DNA of 64,000 bases from Chitinophaga pinensis (GTDB lineage: Bacteria > Bacteroidota > Bacteroidia > 2-12-FULL-35-15), in NCBI GenBank assembly GCA_945865315.1, contig CAMBDK010000001.1, positions 4,378 to 68,377 on the forward strand. Direction: 5' to 3'. Below the pieces are notes generated by a model that did not search any database, had not been told where the DNA came from, and was given only the letters and a program-made list of their open reading frames with translations. Positions 10,593 through 19,314 of the stretch are shown here, piece by piece (within the stretch, counting starts at the first letter, position 1; the number at the start of each line of letters is the position of its first letter). A program made the position numbers and the translations under genes.

Positions 10593-12326
10593 ATGAAAAA
10601 TCTATCTTTACAAACTATTGGTTTAGCGTTTATCACAACTGTTAGTTTAACTTCTTGTGATGGACTTGCTAAATTAGTTAAAAATGCAGGCAAAATAAGC
10701 TATAAAGTAACTCCAGATCCAATAGAAATGCATGGTGATAGCATTTCACTTAGTGTAAGTGGAACTTTTCCTATAAAAATATTTCCTAAAAAAGCTACTG
10801 TTACAACTACCCCTGTTATAAAATATGATGGTGGAGAAAAAGCTTTGAAACCGATAATACTAATTGGAGAAAAATTAGAAGGTAATGGACAAAAAATAAA
10901 AAAAGCAGAAGGAGGAAGCTATACTTATACTTCTGAAAAATTCGCATACACACCTGAAATGAAAAAGGCTGTTTTAGAATTAAGAGTTGAAGGCCAAGTT
11001 AAGAAAAAAGTAAAAAGCCTACCATCAGTAAAAATTGCTGACGGAACGGTAGTTACGCCATTGTTAGTAAAAAGTGATGGAAAAGGAATAATGGCAAAAG
11101 ACAAACTTGTTAGAACAATTCAAAGATCTCAATCGGCAAATATTTTCTTCACAATAAATCAATCTCAAGTTCGACCAGCAGAAATGAAAAGTGATGATTT
11201 AAAAGCTTTTAAGGAATTTATAACAGCTGGCATTGCAAAATCTTTCGTTTTTAAAAATATAAATTTATCAGCATATGCTTCTCCTGACGGAGAACTAACT
11301 TTAAATAGCAGCCTTGCAGAAAACCGTGCAGTAGAAGCTGCTAAAGCTATGATAGCGATGTTTAAAGACGAGAAAACGAAGTTAGATGTGGCAACAGCAG
11401 ATGCTTTTTATAATAAAGTTACTACAGCCGAAGATTGGGATGGTTTCAAAAAAGCAATAGAAAACTCTTCTATTCCTGATAAAGATTTAATATTAAGAGT
11501 ATTAACAATGTATCCAAATGGGGAGACACGTGAAAAAGAAATCAAAAATTTATCGAAAACATATGTTGAAGTTGCAGATAAAATTTTACCTCAATTACGT
11601 AGAGCAGTTCTAACATTGAATGCAGAAGAAAAAGGAAGAACGGATGAAGAAATAAAAGCTTTAGCTACAACCACTGCTGAAGGATTATCAATTGAAGAAC
11701 TTCTTTTTGCAGGAACTCTAACGAATGATTTAAATACTAAATTAGAGATCTACAAAAAAGCAGAATTAAAATATTCAAGCGATTGGAGAGCATTTAATAA
11801 TTTGGGTAATGTTTATTTATTGCAAAATAAATTGAACGAAGCTGAAACTCATTTTAAAAAAGCTATCGAACTTTCTCCTAAAAATGAAATTATTAATAAT
11901 AACTTAGGAATTGTTGCACATTCGAAAGGTGACCGTAAAGCTGCTATGGAATTATACAAGTCAGCTTTAAGTGCAGGTCCGGAAGTAAATTACAATATTG
12001 GTATTATTGAAATTCAGAATGGTAATTATGCTTCGGCAATTTCTAATTTTGGTAATTTCAATACTTTTAACTTAGCGCTAGCTAAATTATTAAATAAGAA
12101 TGCGGATGGCGCAATTTCAACAATTGATGGCTCAACGGAAAAAGATGCTGCAATTTCTTTTTATTTAAAGGCAATATGTGGTGCTCGTCAAAACAAAGCT
12201 GATTATATAACAAGCAACTTGAAAACTGCGATACAAAAAGATGCTTCGTTTAAAGCTTTAGCTAAAGATGATGCTGAATTTATTAAGTTTCGTGAAAATG
12301 AAGAATTCAAAGCGATTGTAAACTAA
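10593..12326 (+). CDS. Lipoprotein with OmpA-like domain and TPR repeats
   Basis: Lipobox LTSC; SAYASPDG...LAENRA OmpA-like motif; TPRs (AFNNLGNVY, NNNLGIVA). Confidence 0.8.
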   Translation: MKNLSLQTIGLAFITTVSLTSCDGLAKLVKNAGKISYKVTPDPIEMHGDSISLSVSGTFPIKIFPKKATVTTTPVIKYDGGEKALKPIILIGEKLEGNGQKIKKAEGGSYTYTSEKFAYTPEMKKAVLELRVEGQVKKKVKSLPSVKIADGTVVTPLLVKSDGKGIMAKDKLVRTIQRSQSANIFFTINQSQVRPAEMKSDDLKAFKEFITAGIAKSFVFKNINLSAYASPDGELTLNSSLAENRAVEAAKAMIAMFKDEKTKLDVATADAFYNKVTTAEDWDGFKKAIENSSIPDKDLILRVLTMYPNGETREKEIKNLSKTYVEVADKILPQLRRAVLTLNAEEKGRTDEEIKALATTTAEGLSIEELLFAGTLTNDLNTKLEIYKKAELKYSSDWRAFNNLGNVYLLQNKLNEAETHFKKAIELSPKNEIINNNLGIVAHSKGDRKAAMELYKSALSAGPEVNYNIGIIEIQNGNYASAISNFGNFNTFNLALAKLLNKNADGAISTIDGSTEKDAAISFYLKAICGARQNKADYITSNLKTAIQKDASFKALAKDDAEFIKFRENEEFKAIVN

Positions 12327-12386
12327 AAAACAATGGGTTGTTTTCCCTGCTAAATTATTTAAAGAAATAATATTTATTTTGAAGAA

Positions 12387-12424
12387 TAAAAGACCTCGAT
12401 GATATATTATCGCCGAGGTCTTTT
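12387..12424 (+). terminator. Intrinsic terminator
   Basis: AAAAGACCTCG...CGAGGTCTTTT stem-loop downstream of the TPR lipoprotein gene. Confidence 0.8.
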
Positions 12425-12667
12425 AAATTATTTGAACGCTATTTTATAAATAGTTTTATTTTATAAAAAAAAGAATTTATAAAGTTTTCTTAGTTTATTG
12501 AAAGATTTTTAATATCAATAAATGAAAAATTTTAAATAAAAATGAGTCATTATTTTTCTAAATATTGGTTCCTGTAAATAAATTATCTAATTTAGATAAA
12601 ACTTTACTAGCTATAAAAAGAGGTATATCTAAAAAATATTTATATTTGTAATAAAGTAAAAAATACT

Positions 12668-12684
12668 TTGGCACAAGTTTTGAA
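12668..12684 (+). promoter_or_regulatory. Putative sigma54 (-24/-12) promoter
   Basis: TTGGCACAAGTTTTGAA has GG-N10-GA spacing, about 100 bp upstream of 12786. Confidence 0.45.
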
Positions 12685-12785
12685 GTGTAGTTATAGTTAA
12701 ATATTTTTCTTATTTTTGACATAAAGAAAATAAGTATTTTAATAAAGTATATAATTTAATTGGAAATAATAAAAACACTAATCTT

Positions 12786-13436
12786 ATGAAAAAAGCTATT
12801 TTAAAAATTGTACCAGCAGTTTTGATGTTAACTATGTTATCACTAACAGCTGTATCGCAATCATTCGAAGGGATTATCGAATTCAAAAAAGGATCGTCTA
12901 CTGATACAATTAGTTATGTGTATTATATTAATAGTACTAATTTGGTGCGGATTGACGAAATTGGAAGTAAGTCAAAAAAAGTAGAAGGCTCTTTCTTAGT
13001 AAATCTAGTAGCAAAAAACATGAAGTCGGTAAATCATGACCGTAAACTTTATATGGATCAGCCGACCCCTGCAGCGCCTATTATTAAAGGTGTATGTACA
13101 GTTACAAAGGGACAAGGGGTGAAAAACATTCAAGGGTACAAATGTGTTGAGTATATTGTTACAAATAATACAGAAAACACAATAATTACTTATTGGCTTG
13201 GAGATGGTAAATTTGCATTCTTTGAAAAATTATTGCGTCAATTGAATCGTAAAGACAAAGCTTCTGTTTATTTTTTGCAAATACCCGACGTAAAAAATTT
13301 ATTCCCTATGCTTTCTATTCAAACTAACCTAGCTGGTAAGGAAGTAGGTCGTTTAGAAGTTACTAAAATTACAAAAAAAGTTGTTGAACCATCCTTATAT
13401 GAAATACCAAAAGGATATAATAAATTTGAGAAATAA
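12786..13436 (+). CDS. DUF4412-like exported protein
   Basis: Signal peptide followed by QSFEGIIEF, KNIQGYKCVEY and C-terminal YEIPKGY, typical of the DUF4412/GLPGLI-like family. Confidence 0.7.
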   Translation: MKKAILKIVPAVLMLTMLSLTAVSQSFEGIIEFKKGSSTDTISYVYYINSTNLVRIDEIGSKSKKVEGSFLVNLVAKNMKSVNHDRKLYMDQPTPAAPIIKGVCTVTKGQGVKNIQGYKCVEYIVTNNTENTIITYWLGDGKFAFFEKLLRQLNRKDKASVYFLQIPDVKNLFPMLSIQTNLAGKEVGRLEVTKITKKVVEPSLYEIPKGYNKFEK

Positions 13437-13446
13437 TAGCAGCATT

Positions 13447-13506
13447 TATACCATCATTAAAAAAGCCCTTCAAACTTATTTGAAGGGCTTTTTTAATGAT
13501 GGTATA
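13447..13506. terminator. Bidirectional terminator with a perfect 28-bp stem
   Basis: TATACCATCATTAAAAAAGCCCTTCAAA-CTTA-TTTGAAGGGCTTTTTTAATGATGGTATA between convergent genes. Confidence 0.9.
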
Positions 13507-13550
13507 TTATTGAAAAGAAGTATAACTATATTTTAATGCCATATAAATAA

Positions 13551-15461
13551 TTAAACTCCCTCACTTAATTCTAACCAGCGTAATGATTTTTCATCGAGCT
13601 GAGAAATTATTATTCCAATACGGGCGGTCCATTTTATAATATCTTCGTGATTGTTTGTAGCTGAATTTAAGTCTTCAGTAATTTTTAATTTTTCAGCCTC
13701 TAATTTAGCTATTTCTTTTTCTAGCTCTTCAAATTCAAACTTTTCTTTAAAGCTTAACTTTTTAGTAGAAACTAAATTGTTTAATTTATCGAAGGGCTTA
13801 GCATCTATGAAACTGGCTGAAGTATTAATTTGTTCTTTAATAGATTTGTCGTTTATTTTATCTTCTCGTTCCTTTTTCTCTCTATATTCAGTATAATTTC
13901 CAGGGAAATCACGAACAATACCTTCTCCTTCAAAAACAAACAAATGGTCAACCATTTTATCCATAAAATAACGATCATGCGTAACAACTAGCAAGCACCC
14001 TGGAAAGCTTGTTAAGAAATCTTCTAAAACACTTAGCGTTACAATATCTAAATCATTTGTTGGTTCATCAAGGATCAAAAAATTTGGATTTGTAATCAAA
14101 ATTGTCATTAGGTATAATCTTCGTCTTTCACCACCACTAAGTTTGGACACAAAACCAAACTGTACTGACGGTGGAAATAAAAACTTAGTAAGCAATCCAG
14201 ATGCGGAAAGTTTGGAGCCATCTGCCAAAGGAATAAATTCTGCGATATCTTTAACAACATCTATCACACGTTTGTCTTCATTCTGCTTTAAGCCTTCTTG
14301 AGAATAATAGCCAAAAACAATAGTTTCACCAGTAGAAATATTACCAGAATCGGGGACATCCAAATTCATTACCATATTCAAAAAAGTAGATTTCCCTACT
14401 CCATTTTTACCAATTACACCAATTTTTTCACCCTTTTTAAATATATATGAAAAGTCATTTACAATTTTTGTGTCGCCAAATGATTTCTTAATGTTATCAA
14501 ATTCCAATATTTTCCCACCGATACGAGCCATTTTAACACCCAACTCTAATTTCTCTTCGGTTTGCTTGCTAAAGGCTTTGTCTTTCACTTCATAAAAAGA
14601 GTCGACTCTGTATTTTGCTTTTGTCCCTCTTGCTCGCGGCATTTTCCGAACCCACTCTAATTCTCTTTTATATAAATTTTTTGCTTTATCAATTTCACTA
14701 TTTTCCATCGTTTCTCTTTCGGCTTTTTTCTCAACAAAATATTGGAAATTGCCTCTATAATGAAAAAGCTTAGCTGCATCAATCTCAACAATTTCAGTAC
14801 AAACGCTATCTAAAAAATAACGATCGTGTGTTACAAGCAATAGCGTAAGATCTTTAGATACAAGATAATTTTCTAACCATTCAATCATTTCAACATCCAG
14901 ATGGTTGGTAGGCTCGTCAAGGATCAATAAATGAGGTTCATCAATAAGAACTTTTGCTAAAGCCACTCTTTTTTTTTGTCCACCAGAAAGTGTTGAAATT
15001 TTTTTATCGAGGAAAGCAATTTTTAAACGTTGTAAAATTTCATGAACTTTCGCTTCAAAATCCCAAGCTTCTAGTTTATCCATTTGTGCACTGCATAATT
15101 CAAGCTGCAAAGATGTTTTGTCATTATACTCTTTTTCAAATTCAGTTAATGCAGCTTCGTAATCACGAACAGCATTAAGCATAGGATTATCAGAATTATA
15201 AATTGCTTCAACCACTGTACTGTTGGGATCAAAAGTTGGGTTTTGATCTAAATATGTAACAACAATATCCTTGCGAAATGTTACAGTGCCAAAATCTGCA
15301 ATTTCTTTTCCTGTGATAATTTTAAGAAGAGTTGATTTTCCGGCACCATTTTTAGCTATTAAAGCCAAGCGATTACCTTGATTTAAGCCAAAACTAATTT
15401 TATCAAATAATACTTTTGATCCGTAGGATTTTGAGACGGATTCTATAGATAGATAGTTCAA
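13551..15461 (-). CDS. ABC-F family ATP-binding protein (Uup/YfmR-like)
   Basis: Two ABC domains (NGAGKST, LSGGQ, LDEPTNHLD; NGVGKST, LSGGE, LDEPTNDLD), no TM segments, C-terminal coiled coil KKLSFKEK...RWLEL. Confidence 0.93.
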   Translation of the reverse strand: MNYLSIESVSKSYGSKVLFDKISFGLNQGNRLALIAKNGAGKSTLLKIITGKEIADFGTVTFRKDIVVTYLDQNPTFDPNSTVVEAIYNSDNPMLNAVRDYEAALTEFEKEYNDKTSLQLELCSAQMDKLEAWDFEAKVHEILQRLKIAFLDKKISTLSGGQKKRVALAKVLIDEPHLLILDEPTNHLDVEMIEWLENYLVSKDLTLLLVTHDRYFLDSVCTEIVEIDAAKLFHYRGNFQYFVEKKAERETMENSEIDKAKNLYKRELEWVRKMPRARGTKAKYRVDSFYEVKDKAFSKQTEEKLELGVKMARIGGKILEFDNIKKSFGDTKIVNDFSYIFKKGEKIGVIGKNGVGKSTFLNMVMNLDVPDSGNISTGETIVFGYYSQEGLKQNEDKRVIDVVKDIAEFIPLADGSKLSASGLLTKFLFPPSVQFGFVSKLSGGERRRLYLMTILITNPNFLILDEPTNDLDIVTLSVLEDFLTSFPGCLLVVTHDRYFMDKMVDHLFVFEGEGIVRDFPGNYTEYREKKEREDKINDKSIKEQINTSASFIDAKPFDKLNNLVSTKKLSFKEKFEFEELEKEIAKLEAEKLKITEDLNSATNNHEDIIKWTARIGIIISQLDEKSLRWLELSEGV

Positions 15462-15702
15462 TATATTGGATATTTAGTTATTTGAATAGAGGATATTTAC
15501 AAAAAATAATTATAAGTAAAATTGATTTTATAAATGATATGTTAAATTAACACAGCTAATTAAATTGGAAATGGAATTATTTTAAAAATTATTTTTTCAA
15601 TTTACAAAAATTCCGTTCTAAAATTTAAACTAGTAATCGTAATAAAAGTTTGTAAGGTAGTAAAAAGGACTTAATTATAGGGTTTTTCATTTATATTTTG
15701 AA

Positions 15703-15725
15703 TTTACGTTTACGTTTACGTTACG
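15703..15725. repeat. Short (TTTACG)n microsatellite
   Basis: TTTACG x3 plus TTACG, just past the rfaD stop codon. Confidence 0.7.
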
Positions 15726-15730
15726 AGAAA

Positions 15731-16696
15731 TTAATAATAATTGTTTTCTGCCAAATAGTTTTTAACATAATCTTTTACTCCCTCTTCCAATGTATGGAAT
15801 GGTTGTGAAAAGCCTATCGATTTCAATTTGCTCATATTGGATTCTGTAAAATATTGGTATTTATTACGAATATCAGCAGGTGTATCAATAAATTTAATTG
15901 CAGGTTTTTCATTTAATGTTAAAAAAACATTTCTTACCAAGTCAAGGAAGCTGCGAGCTTTGCCAGAACCTAAATTATAAATGCCAGAATCTTTGCGATG
16001 GTGCAATAAAAAATAACAAACATCAAGTACATCCTTTACATATACAAAATCACGCAATTGTTCACCATCCTTATAATCATGACGATGGGATCGGAATAAA
16101 TTAGCATATCCATCTTTCTTAATTTGATTAAATGAGTGAAGAATTACGGATGCCATCCTTCCCTTGTGATATTCATTTGGGCCATAAACATTGAAAAATT
16201 TTAATCCTACCCAAAAATATGGTTTTGTAGTTTGCGCTAATGCCCACTTGTCAAATTCATTTTTTGAATCCCCATAAGGATTTAATGGTTTTAATTTTTC
16301 GATAATATCCTCATCATCATTATAACCATACTCTCCCATTCCATAAGTTGCGGCAGACGATGCATATACCAAAGGCAAACCAAATTCAACACATAAGTTC
16401 CAGATATTTTTAGAGTAATTCAGATTGAGGCTATCAAAAATTTCTTTATTAAACTCTGTAGTATCAGTTCTTGCACCAAGATGAAACACAAATTGAACCA
16501 GTCGTTGATTTTCTCTCAACCAATGAATAAAATCATCACGATGTATTTTTTGTGAATACTTTTTTCGATCCAAATTTTTTAATTTTTCAGGATTAGAAAA
16601 GTCATCCACTAGGATAAGATCAGTAAAGCCTTCCTTAGCTAATTTGCTTATCAAACAACTTCCAATAAAGCCTGCGGCGCCCGTTACAATAATCAT
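15731..16696 (-). CDS. rfaD: ADP-L-glycero-D-manno-heptose 6-epimerase
   Basis: MIIVTGAAGFIGS, YASSAATYG, PLNPYGDSK, FNVYGPNEYHKGRMASV, KYQYFT. Confidence 0.95.
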   Translation of the reverse strand: MIIVTGAAGFIGSCLISKLAKEGFTDLILVDDFSNPEKLKNLDRKKYSQKIHRDDFIHWLRENQRLVQFVFHLGARTDTTEFNKEIFDSLNLNYSKNIWNLCVEFGLPLVYASSAATYGMGEYGYNDDEDIIEKLKPLNPYGDSKNEFDKWALAQTTKPYFWVGLKFFNVYGPNEYHKGRMASVILHSFNQIKKDGYANLFRSHRHDYKDGEQLRDFVYVKDVLDVCYFLLHHRKDSGIYNLGSGKARSFLDLVRNVFLTLNEKPAIKFIDTPADIRNKYQYFTESNMSKLKSIGFSQPFHTLEEGVKDYVKNYLAENNYY

Positions 16697-16750
16697 AATA
16701 AATATTTTGAGGTATTAGAATTATTAAATTTTTATTTCGTATTAAAATAT

Positions 16751-17638
16751 TTATAAAAATATATTTTCTTGTATTCTTTTAATCAATCCTTTTTCTTGGG
16801 CTTTGTCATATAATAATTTCAATGCTTGTTTACCATCGACTCCCAAGTCTAAAGAATAATTATTTACATATAATTCAATGTGCTTAAAAATTACATCATC
16901 ACTCAATGATTGTGCATTTGCCTTCACAAAGTTACGACTAGAAATAGGGTTAGCAAAGGCGAATGCAATGCTATTGCGTAATATGCGATTAAATTTGTGT
17001 TTCAAATCATCAGGGAAATTACGCTTTATTACAATTCCGCCCAATGGAATGGGAGTATTTGTTAATTTCTCCCAATATTCACCAAGGTCAATAATTTTTT
17101 TCAATCCCTTTTGTTCGAAAGTAAAACGATTTTCATGAATTATTAAACCAAGTTGAACTTTTCCCGATATCAAAGCATCTTCGATATCAGAAAAAAGCAT
17201 TTCCACTTTATTTTTTGCTTCGGGATACGCCAATGATAAAAGTAGATTAGCTGTTGTGTATTTTCCAGGAATTGCAATTTGCAATTTAGAAAATGGAGAT
17301 TTTAAATAAGTGTCGTCTTTTGCAATAAGCAATGGCCCACAATTTTTTCCAAGAGCACTTCCTGAATTTAATAGCTGATATGGTTTTGTGAGGTAAGCGT
17401 ATGCGTTAAAACTTAATTTGGTAATATCTAATTCAGCATTAAATGCTTTTTGGTTTAGTGATTCCACATCTTCCATAAACACTTCGAATTCGAGTCCCTC
17501 TGTGTCAATTTTATTGTGAATAATCGCATCAAAAATGAAACAATCATTAGGGCAAGGACTAATACCTAAAGTTAGTTTAAGTGGTTTTTTGGCATTTTTA
17601 AAAAGTTGTTGAGAACCGGAGTTGGAATTAAAATTCAT
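16751..17638 (-). CDS. mqnD: 1,4-dihydroxy-6-naphthoate synthase (futalosine menaquinone pathway)
   Basis: SPCPND, GSALG..CGP, PGKYTTA, IIHENRF, DLGEYWE...PIPLG, HIELYVN. Confidence 0.92.
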   Translation of the reverse strand: MNFNSNSGSQQLFKNAKKPLKLTLGISPCPNDCFIFDAIIHNKIDTEGLEFEVFMEDVESLNQKAFNAELDITKLSFNAYAYLTKPYQLLNSGSALGKNCGPLLIAKDDTYLKSPFSKLQIAIPGKYTTANLLLSLAYPEAKNKVEMLFSDIEDALISGKVQLGLIIHENRFTFEQKGLKKIIDLGEYWEKLTNTPIPLGGIVIKRNFPDDLKHKFNRILRNSIAFAFANPISSRNFVKANAQSLSDDVIFKHIELYVNNYSLDLGVDGKQALKLLYDKAQEKGLIKRIQENIFL

Positions 17639-17947
17639 TTTTATTGAATGTGCAATTCTAAATTATTTAATTTATTTTTTTATCTTTTAGATGTAGGTTA
17701 TCTAATTGTTTTTATTAATAAAAAAACAATTAACACATACGAATTTCTGTTAAATAGTTTCGACACATTTCATACCATTTAAAATAAATTACGATTATTT
17801 GATTAACTATCAGGTAACAAAATGATAATTATTATACTTTAAATTACTTTATTGTAAAAGTAGGATTTCTTTTGATTCGACTGTTTTATTTAGTTAACTA
17901 GAAAAATTATTTACTATATTTACATTCATTTTTAACTTTTAGACACA

Positions 17948-19003
17948 ATGTTATTTCAAAACAGAGTTAACAAAAAGGAGCTTAAAAAAAAGATTCAAGA
18001 AGATACTACTAAACGGTGTACCATATCGTTTTACCGCTATGTTATAATTGAAAATCCAGAGGAACTGCGTAACAATTTGTTTGTTTCTTGGAACGAGCTT
18101 AGCGTTTTTGGCCGTATTTATATTGCGCATGAAGGCATAAACGCTCAAATGTCAATACCAGAAGAACATTTCGAACTTTTCAAAAAACAACTTAATGCTG
18201 ACCTGCGTTTCGAAAAAATGGTATTTAAGATTGCCGTAGAAGATAATGGTAAATCTTTTTATAAATTAACTGTTAAAGTGAGGCATAAAATTGTGGCAGA
18301 CGGCTTAAAGGAAGGTGATTTTGATGTTACGAATGTTGGGAATCATTTAACTGCAAAAGAATTTAATAAGGCAATGGATGATGCTTCTACCATTGTTGTG
18401 GACATGCGTAATCATTACGAAAGTGAAGTTGGTCGATTTGTGGGTGCTATTTGTCCGGATGCGGATACTTTTCGTGAAGAATTACCCATTGTGATAAATG
18501 AATTGAAAGATAAGAAAGATAGGAAAATAATAATGTATTGTACTGGAGGTGTTCGTTGTGAAAAAGCAAGCGCATATTTAAAACATCATGGATTTAAAGA
18601 TGTGAGTCAACTGCAGGGTGGCATTATAGATTATGTTCGACAAATAAAAGCTGAAAACTTACCTTCAAAATTTATCGGAAAGAATTTCGTTTTTGATGAA
18701 CGTGTAGGAGAGCGTATTACCGATGATATAATTGCCCAATGTCATCAATGTGGTGCAGTTTGTGATACACATGTAAATTGCGCTAATGATGATTGTCATT
18801 TGCTATTTATTCAATGTGAAAGTTGTTTTAAAAATACAAAAGGTTGTTGTACTGCAGAATGTATGCATATTGCTGACCTACCAATTGAAGAGCAGCGTTC
18901 CCTCCGTAAGGGCCGGAAAAAGACAGATTGCCTCTCTGTATACAAAAGCAGATTGCGTCCAAATTTAAAAGAGATTTTAGACAATAAGAGTTTGAAAGGA
19001 TAA
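17948..19003 (+). CDS. trhO: O2-dependent tRNA uridine(34) hydroxylase (rhodanese-related, UPF0176)
   Basis: GRIYIAHEGINAQ, DMRNHYESEVG, YCTGGVRCEKAS, GKNFVFDER and a Cys-rich C-terminus. Confidence 0.92.
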   Translation: MLFQNRVNKKELKKKIQEDTTKRCTISFYRYVIIENPEELRNNLFVSWNELSVFGRIYIAHEGINAQMSIPEEHFELFKKQLNADLRFEKMVFKIAVEDNGKSFYKLTVKVRHKIVADGLKEGDFDVTNVGNHLTAKEFNKAMDDASTIVVDMRNHYESEVGRFVGAICPDADTFREELPIVINELKDKKDRKIIMYCTGGVRCEKASAYLKHHGFKDVSQLQGGIIDYVRQIKAENLPSKFIGKNFVFDERVGERITDDIIAQCHQCGAVCDTHVNCANDDCHLLFIQCESCFKNTKGCCTAECMHIADLPIEEQRSLRKGRKKTDCLSVYKSRLRPNLKEILDNKSLKG

Positions 19004-19103
19004 ATTAAACAAATTAGTAATGTATAAAATTTATTAACTGTTGAAGAAGAAGAAATTCGTTAATAATATTGATATTAAATTTGTTGTTTCTTTTTTTATT
19101 TAA

Positions 19104-19299
19104 GGCATTGTTAAAAAATAACTAATACATTCTGGCTTGTTCTTTTGCCCTTTTTCTACTTTATAAAATCGTTAAATCGCTAAGGCTATTCGCGCATGTA
19201 CGCTGTCTCGGTTATATCCAGCCTCTGGCTGCCTGTCGCGCCTTGAAAAAGAACAAAATTACTTTGCCAATTCTTTACCATTTATTTCTTAACAATGCC
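19104..19299. mobile_element. MITE-like element, copy A (196 bp)
   Basis: TIRs GGCATTGTTAAAAAATAA and TTATTTCTTAACAATGCC (17/18 match), flanked by TAA on both sides. Homologous to 43251..43440. Confidence 0.75.
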
Positions 19300-19314
19300 T
19301 AAGCCGTTATATAA

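Noticed and set aside
13447..13506. Long perfect palindrome as a mobile element or REP
   Set aside because: Single copy between convergent genes with A/T tails; explained as a bidirectional terminator.
17639..17720. Possible mqnB remnant upstream of mqnD
   Set aside because: Only a few codons are open and there is no convincing motif.
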